From: Nitrosopumilus sp.
GTDB taxonomy: Archaea; Thermoproteota; Nitrososphaeria; Nitrososphaerales; Nitrosopumilaceae
Reading direction: 5' to 3'
Length of the DNA stretch: 64,000 nucleotides
NCBI GenBank assembly: GCA_018263505.1
Contig: JAANXA010000014.1
Location: 4,319 to 68,318, forward strand
Shown: piece after piece, positions 59,184 through 64,000 of the stretch
Position numbering within the stretch: position 1 is the first letter of the stretch
Layout: each line of letters starts with the position of its first letter
Position numbers and translations under genes: made by a program
The notes under the pieces: generated by a model
Database searches by the model: none
What the model saw: only the letters and a program-made list of their open reading frames with translations
What the model was told of the DNA's origin: nothing

Positions 59184-59677
59184 TCAGTCCACCCTATAAC
59201 TCTACATAATTCTGCCATTGTGGTATAGTTTGATGCAGTTTTTCTAATCAATGCCTTTTCAAATTGAATTTTCTCTAGTGACTTTAATTCTTTTGGAGAC
59301 CCAATGTATGTTCTTAATCTTTTATGTGCAGCAATCCCTGATGGTTTTCCTTCATATGGTAACATACCTCTGATCATTTTTCTAATGATGGTATCTGGTC
59401 TTCTGTAATGTACAGGACCATGTTTTACATTGATAATACTGTTAATTTCTAAAAATTCTCTGTATTCTTGAATTAAATTACTTCTAGTCCCGCTCATCAT
59501 AATTTTCTCACAATTCACAAGAGATACTCTATTACCTTTTATCAATAATTTTGCAACATGTGAAGATAATCTTCCTGCTATGTGATTTTCTGCATTAACT
59601 ACAATTGGTCTATCTGTTCTAACTACTGTTTCTTGTTTGGTACTTCCTTTGGATTTATTGATTCTCCCATTAGCCAA
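59180..59677 (-). CDS. rpl13: 50S ribosomal protein L13 (uL13)
   Basis: IVVNAENHIAGRLSSHVAKLL pattern. The track ORF extends to 59713, but a TTG at 59677 gives only an 8-nt overlap with L18e. Start uncertain. Confidence 0.85.
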   Translation of the reverse strand: MANGRINKSKGSTKQETVVRTDRPIVVNAENHIAGRLSSHVAKLLIKGNRVSLVNCEKIMMSGTRSNLIQEYREFLEINSIINVKHGPVHYRRPDTIIRKMIRGMLPYEGKPSGIAAHKRLRTYIGSPKELKSLEKIQFEKALIRKTASNYTTMAELCRVIGWTE

Positions 59678-60017
59678 GTAAAACCACTCCTTTTCCTGTA
59701 GGATTATCCTCAATTAATTTTGAATAATTGATTAATTTTCCACCCTTTTCAATTATTTTATTTGCTGCAGAATTTGAAATTGAGAATGAACATAATGTAA
59801 TTTTATGAGAAATATTCCCTGTTCCTAAAACTTTTCCTGGAAACACTACTGTGTCATTATCTTTTGTTAATTGTGCAATTCTATTCAAATTAATATCTCT
59901 TCTAGCAATAGATGGTTTTAATGCATATTCTGCTAGTTTTGACCATATGGGAGCATCATTTTTTGTTGATGCCTTCCTTAGATCATTTGCCATACGAATA
60001 ACAACTTGATTAGTCAT
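59670..60017 (-). CDS. rpl18e: 50S ribosomal protein L18e (eL18)
   Basis: L18e-like sequence in the conserved rpoD-L18e-L13-S9 order. Confidence 0.88.
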   Translation of the reverse strand: MTNQVVIRMANDLRKASTKNDAPIWSKLAEYALKPSIARRDINLNRIAQLTKDNDTVVFPGKVLGTGNISHKITLCSFSISNSAANKIIEKGGKLINYSKLIEDNPTGKGVVLLG

Positions 60018-60062
60018 GTGAATAATCCGACTTAAAACCCAAATATAATGTCTATGCTTAGT

Positions 60063-60728
60063 CTATTCTGAAATTTTACCGATCGTATCTTTGAATTCAA
60101 CTAATTTTTTGTTTACTTCATCCATACCCGTTAATATGATTTGTTCTGGTTCAAGTGCACCTGTTGATTCAACTGTTAGAACACTTTCTCCTTCTTTGTC
60201 TGTGTCTGTAAGTGTTGAAATATTTGATGAATTCCATTTTGCGTGTTCTGTTCCACGTCCTAATCTTGCATAACACTCTACTTTGATCTTTTGACCTGGT
60301 GCTAGTTGAACAATCGGAATGTTATCCGAAATTGGTTTTATAGAGTCATCTTCTGATGACAAATCACTGCTAAGTATTGTTCTAGTTACATCAGAGTCTC
60401 CTGAATCTAAAACTAACATTACTTTACAATTTGAACAACCAGTTTCACTGTGACACTCACATTTTGATGGTTCATTGAATCTAGACAAATCTGTTTTTAA
60501 CGGAATTAGTCCTAATCTATGTGCAAGTCCTTCATCTGGTAAGACTGATGAGTTTTCTATGATGTCAACTGTGTCAACTGCAAATACTGGAACACCATTT
60601 AAACAGATTCTTCTAAGTGCATTTGCATATTGTAATGGAATGCCTTTTAGTTTAACTGACATTTTTTTACTATCTTTACTAATAATCTCTAATGATGACA
60701 AATCTTGAAAAAAATCTTCAAAGTCCAC
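60063..60728 (-). CDS. rpoD: DNA-directed RNA polymerase subunit D (Rpo3)
   Basis: ANALRRICLNGVPVFAVD dimerisation-domain pattern. Cys cluster CECHSETGCSNCK. Operon position. Confidence 0.9.
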   Translation of the reverse strand: MDFEDFFQDLSSLEIISKDSKKMSVKLKGIPLQYANALRRICLNGVPVFAVDTVDIIENSSVLPDEGLAHRLGLIPLKTDLSRFNEPSKCECHSETGCSNCKVMLVLDSGDSDVTRTILSSDLSSEDDSIKPISDNIPIVQLAPGQKIKVECYARLGRGTEHAKWNSSNISTLTDTDKEGESVLTVESTGALEPEQIILTGMDEVNKKLVEFKDTIGKISE

Positions 60729-60916
60729 ATAAAAATCTAGCTGGTTTTACGTATAGTTATTAAAGTTTTAGAATTAAATTACTCACTGTTTTTGAAGTAT
60801 TTTGCAAGAAAATGATGGATTTGTATGGTACAATAACTTGAAGAACTTTCATTACATTCAAATTTTTGTTTTTCCTAATTACACCTTCATCTATTGCTGT
60901 GTTTTGTAATTTATAA

Positions 60917-61402
60917 TTATTCATTACCTTCATCATCTACTCTCGTTATACTATATCCTCCAATTCTTCCCCCTCCCCGATATTTTTTATAAATTACTTG
61001 ATTCCACCCTTTTACTTTAACTGTATCTAGTAGGATTACTGGATTTGAATAAGTGAGACTTTTTCTTCTCCATGGATCGCCCATATCAAGATCATATTCA
61101 TCTTCTTCAAATCCATAGATATACTCTCTTACAAATTCGATATCCATGGTAAAACTACACCATTTTTTTCCTCTTGATGAATCTCTAACTTTGATGATTT
61201 TCACAGGTTCTGAACCTGAACTGACAACAGAATTGATTTTTGAAACAATTTTTCTCCTATGTCTTATATATTTCTCAGAATTGTAATGACCAATTCTACA
61301 ATGAGCTTTTTCTGATAGACGAAATTTTACTATTTGAACCGTTCCATTCTTTTTTTTGCAGATTGGACATGGTCTTGGAAGAAATTTCTTTTTTGCAGGC
61401 AT
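60917..61402 (-). CDS. hypothetical protein with an N-terminal zinc-finger-like motif (161 aa)
   Basis: CPICKKKNG...HCRIGH near a basic N-terminus. No other motif. Confidence 0.45.
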   Translation of the reverse strand: MPAKKKFLPRPCPICKKKNGTVQIVKFRLSEKAHCRIGHYNSEKYIRHRRKIVSKINSVVSSGSEPVKIIKVRDSSRGKKWCSFTMDIEFVREYIYGFEEDEYDLDMGDPWRRKSLTYSNPVILLDTVKVKGWNQVIYKKYRGGGRIGGYSITRVDDEGNE

Positions 61403-61457
61403 CCTGATGAGTACAGAAATTAGTTCTCTTAAGTCATTTACGTTGTTTAACTGTTAG

Positions 61458-61592
61458 ATGACATCCCAAACATTCAAACAAATTGCTGTTTCTGTGGAAA
61501 ATTATTACAAATTAAAAAGACTGGGATTTGCTGGTGATTCCTTTAATGACGTTATTACTATTTTGCTAAACAAAGAAGGTATTGAAACATGA
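61458..61592 (+). CDS. 44-aa ribbon-helix-helix-like protein (not in ORF track)
   Basis: MTSQTFKQIAVSVENYYKLKRLGFAGDSFNDVITILLNKEGIET shows a strand-helix-helix pattern. Its TGA overlaps the next ATG (ATGA). Confidence 0.4.
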   Translation: MTSQTFKQIAVSVENYYKLKRLGFAGDSFNDVITILLNKEGIET

Positions 61593-61837
61593 AATCGTTT
61601 GCAAAAATATCTTCACACTTGATGAGCAAAGATCAATCCTTAGAATTAAAATTAGAAAATCAACACTACATAATGATTTTTCCCAAAGATCTAATTGAGA
61701 AATTAGGTATATTTTCAGATGAATTAAATTTCAAAATTGTACTAGATAATTCAAAAAAACTAACACTCGTTGGACCAAATATTTCCAATCTGTCCAAGAG
61801 TGATTCCATCAATCATCACAAAGAGGGAATGCTATGA
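61589..61837 (+). CDS. AbrB/SpoVT-like small DNA-binding protein
   Basis: IMIFPKDLIEKLGIFSDELNFKIVLDNSKKLTLVG resembles a swapped-hairpin AbrB motif. Confidence 0.42.
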   Translation: MKSFAKISSHLMSKDQSLELKLENQHYIMIFPKDLIEKLGIFSDELNFKIVLDNSKKLTLVGPNISNLSKSDSINHHKEGML

Positions 61838-62094
61838 CATTACACACCCCAATACATAAAGACCGTGTTGCATATTGTTCTCAAAATTATACTTGCATCA
61901 AACTAAAATGTCCTGTTTGTTTAATAAATAAAATTCCTAGACATTGCAAAATTCACAAAAATCTGGCAAGTTTGTGGTGGCATATTAAAAGAGAGCATGA
62001 GGGATTTGTTTATTCTCAATTTGATTATGATGATGTGCTAACTGCCCTAAACGGTATCACTAGAGCTATACAATGGGGTATTATTGTAAATTGA
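61834..62094 (+). CDS. C2H2-type zinc-finger protein (86 aa)
   Basis: CPVCLINKIPRHCKIHKNLASLWWHIKREH (C-x2-C...H-x4-H). ATGA overlap with the upstream gene. Confidence 0.5.
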   Translation: MTLHTPIHKDRVAYCSQNYTCIKLKCPVCLINKIPRHCKIHKNLASLWWHIKREHEGFVYSQFDYDDVLTALNGITRAIQWGIIVN

Positions 62095-62236
62095 CTTTTA
62101 CCTGTATCTGTCTAAAATTACCTGAACCATCTGTTTCTTTCATCTTTTTTTGTATTGTACAACAATTATCAAATTTTTGTATTTTATATGATGATTTGAC
62201 TGAAAATGTTTTTTTCAAAATTTTGGAGAGTAAAAA

Positions 62237-64000
62237 ATGAACTCAGTAGAATATTATAATTCTAAAGGCTATAGAACCCTGGAAATCCCTCTTAATACTA
62301 CAAATCCTAAAGCCTTAGTTCGAAAAGGATGGGATCATGAGCCTACAAATCGAAATATTTCATCTGATAGACTATTTGCAGTAATACAAGAGGGCCAAAA
62401 TCTGGTTATTGATATTGATGATATATCTCTAAATGGACTTTTGGAGAATTATTTGAATAAAACACTTGTCACAAAAACTGGAAATGGTGGTCGACATTAT
62501 TATTTTAAAGATAAATCCAGAGTTGAGAAATATACAATCAAATCTACACCGCTATACAAAAATGGAAAACATGTAGGTGATATTAAAGCAGACATGTCCT
62601 ATGTGATAGGATATGGTAGAAGTTACAAAGATCCAAAAGATCACAAAATTAAAAGTTATGACAAAATAAGTTCTGTTGATCAAATTTTAGAACTAGATGT
62701 TTATGAAATATTAAAAATATTAACAAATGCTGGAATCACCAAAACAAAATCAAGTGATAGAAAAATCGATTCTACAATTAACACTCAATTAACAAATGGA
62801 TTAGTTGTAGGTGAACGTAATAACGAATTATTCAAAACATCTTGTGATTTTTTAGAAAAAAATATATCAAAAGAAAATGTTAGAGTAATGTTAATTGAAA
62901 TCAATAATGCATCACCTAAACCATTACCTGAAAGTGAAATTGATTCAGTGTTAAACTCTGCTGACAAAAGAATTACTAATAAAAAACAACAAGAGAAATT
63001 ATCATCAAAAGAAATTGTAGAATTTGTCGCAAAACAAATAATGGAAGAAAAAGAATTTGTAACAATTTCTAGAACTAATGAGATTCTAACATGGGATGGA
63101 AAGATCTACTCTCAAGCAAATGCAGTTGCATACATCAAAAGTAAAACTGAGCAACTAGTCTATGACAATACAGAACATATCTCAAATGAAGTTGTAAACA
63201 AAATCAAAAGAAGAACTTACAAAGATATTGAAGAGTTCGACGTTAACCCTAATGAGATAACCACCCTTGATGGAGTCCTTAATCTTGAGACCTTGGCTAT
63301 TACGCCTCATTCACCTGATAATTTGAGCCTGATTTTAGTCCCATTAGCATATTCTGAGCCTAAATTTTCAATTAATAACGCAACAATCTTTGAGGATATT
63401 GAAAAGAATCTCAAAGATACACTGTTTTGGAAATTCATTACATCAAGTTTTACTGTAAAAGAAAAACTACAAGAAAAAAAAAGAGAAACAGTATTAGAAA
63501 TTTTAGCATCTATTTTCATAAAGCATCAGATTGACCAACGAGGTTTTATTTTCCTTGGGAGAGGTGATAATGGAAAGTCAGTATTCATTGAATATTTACA
63601 AATGATGTTAGGTAAAGAGAATTATTCAAATGAAACATTACATGATTTATCCACTGACAGATTTGCATCAGCATCACTCCTTGGAAAATTACTAAACTGT
63701 TTTTCAGATATTGAATCAAATGAATTGGATAGAGTTGGGATTCTAAAAGCAATACTTGCAGGTGAATGGATTTCAGCTCAATTTAAGAACGGTCAAAAAT
63801 TCAAATTCAATCCATTTTGTAAAATGGTATTTAGTTGTAATAGATTCCCAAAGGTATCAGATAATACTGAATCTTTCTTTAGGCGTTGGATAATTGTAAA
63901 GTGGGAACGTTCCTTTGAAGGTGATCCGCAAAGAGATGAAAAATTAGTTGAAAAATTATCTTCTAACCAAGAAGAATTGAATTTAGTTTTCTCAACTATT
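62237..64000 (+). CDS. replication protein: primase-polymerase (prim-pol) + PriCT-like + D5_N/SF3 (P4-family) helicase; 3' end lies outside the window
   Basis: Hand translation is open for 588 codons to the window edge. Motifs: IDIDD, GNGGRHYYF, GERNNELF, Walker A GRGDNGKS, Walker B-like LLNCFSDIES, FFRRWIIV. Confidence 0.85.
   Translation, partial: MNSVEYYNSKGYRTLEIPLNTTNPKALVRKGWDHEPTNRNISSDRLFAVIQEGQNLVIDIDDISLNGLLENYLNKTLVTKTGNGGRHYYFKDKSRVEKYTIKSTPLYKNGKHVGDIKADMSYVIGYGRSYKDPKDHKIKSYDKISSVDQILELDVYEILKILTNAGITKTKSSDRKIDSTINTQLTNGLVVGERNNELFKTSCDFLEKNISKENVRVMLIEINNASPKPLPESEIDSVLNSADKRITNKKQQEKLSSKEIVEFVAKQIMEEKEFVTISRTNEILTWDGKIYSQANAVAYIKSKTEQLVYDNTEHISNEVVNKIKRRTYKDIEEFDVNPNEITTLDGVLNLETLAITPHSPDNLSLILVPLAYSEPKFSINNATIFEDIEKNLKDTLFWKFITSSFTVKEKLQEKKRETVLEILASIFIKHQIDQRGFIFLGRGDNGKSVFIEYLQMMLGKENYSNETLHDLSTDRFASASLLGKLLNCFSDIESNELDRVGILKAILAGEWISAQFKNGQKFKFNPFCKMVFSCNRFPKVSDNTESFFRRWIIVKWERSFEGDPQRDEKLVEKLSSNQEELNLVFSTI

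Larger units (their letters stand above)
60800..64000. mobile_element. partial integrated plasmid/virus-like element (left boundary approximate; continues past the window end)
   Basis: Primase-polymerase/SF3 helicase replication gene, a string of small DNA-binding protein genes and orphan ORFs, lying beside the rpoD operon. No integrase or att site is visible inside the window. Confidence 0.55.

Overview
AT-rich archaeal chromosome segment with clear Nitrosopumilus-like (Thaumarchaeota/Nitrososphaerota) character. The assignment rests on gene content and on an unsplit rpoA. Most of the window is conserved informational and core-metabolic genes: rpoB-rpoA-L30e-NusA-S12-S7, leuS and alaS, secE-spt5-L11 / L1-L10 / P1, L18-S5-L30-L15-secY-adk-DUF106-cmk-cbf5, rpoD-L18e-L13-S9, PEP carboxykinase, SOD, FtsY, OTCase, a two-subunit 2-oxoacid:ferredoxin oxidoreductase, and two adjacent aconitase-family dehydratase pairs. 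Two intron-containing tRNAs are present: Gln-CUG and Ser-GGA. Two accessory regions stand out. (1) A ~5.4 kb integrated element sits directly 3' of tRNA-Ser(GGA) and is bounded by an 11-bp GC-rich direct repeat (39613-39623 and 44989-44999). It carries a tyrosine integrase with a C-terminal zinc ribbon, a membrane-tethered ArsR-like wHTH protein, an alpha-lytic-type (S1E) secreted serine protease, a secreted protein of unknown function and a small multi-TM protein. The two secreted-protein genes are divergent and share a perfect 68-bp inverted repeat covering the promoter/5' region and the first four codons. (2) From about 60.8 kb to the window end lies part of a second mobile element, beside the rpoD ribosomal operon. 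It encodes a primase-polymerase/PriCT/SF3-helicase replication protein (open to the window edge and absent from the ORF track) and small RHH, AbrB-like and C2H2 DNA-binding proteins. Other items are a ~145-nt triple hairpin module in a divergent intergenic region (9200-9344), a FtsY with a C-terminal (EPTPEP)n extension and basic tail, and several small unlisted ORFs (secE, Cys-rich miniproteins). No CRISPR array and no rRNA were seen. All function calls come from motif recognition by eye, and no database search was run.
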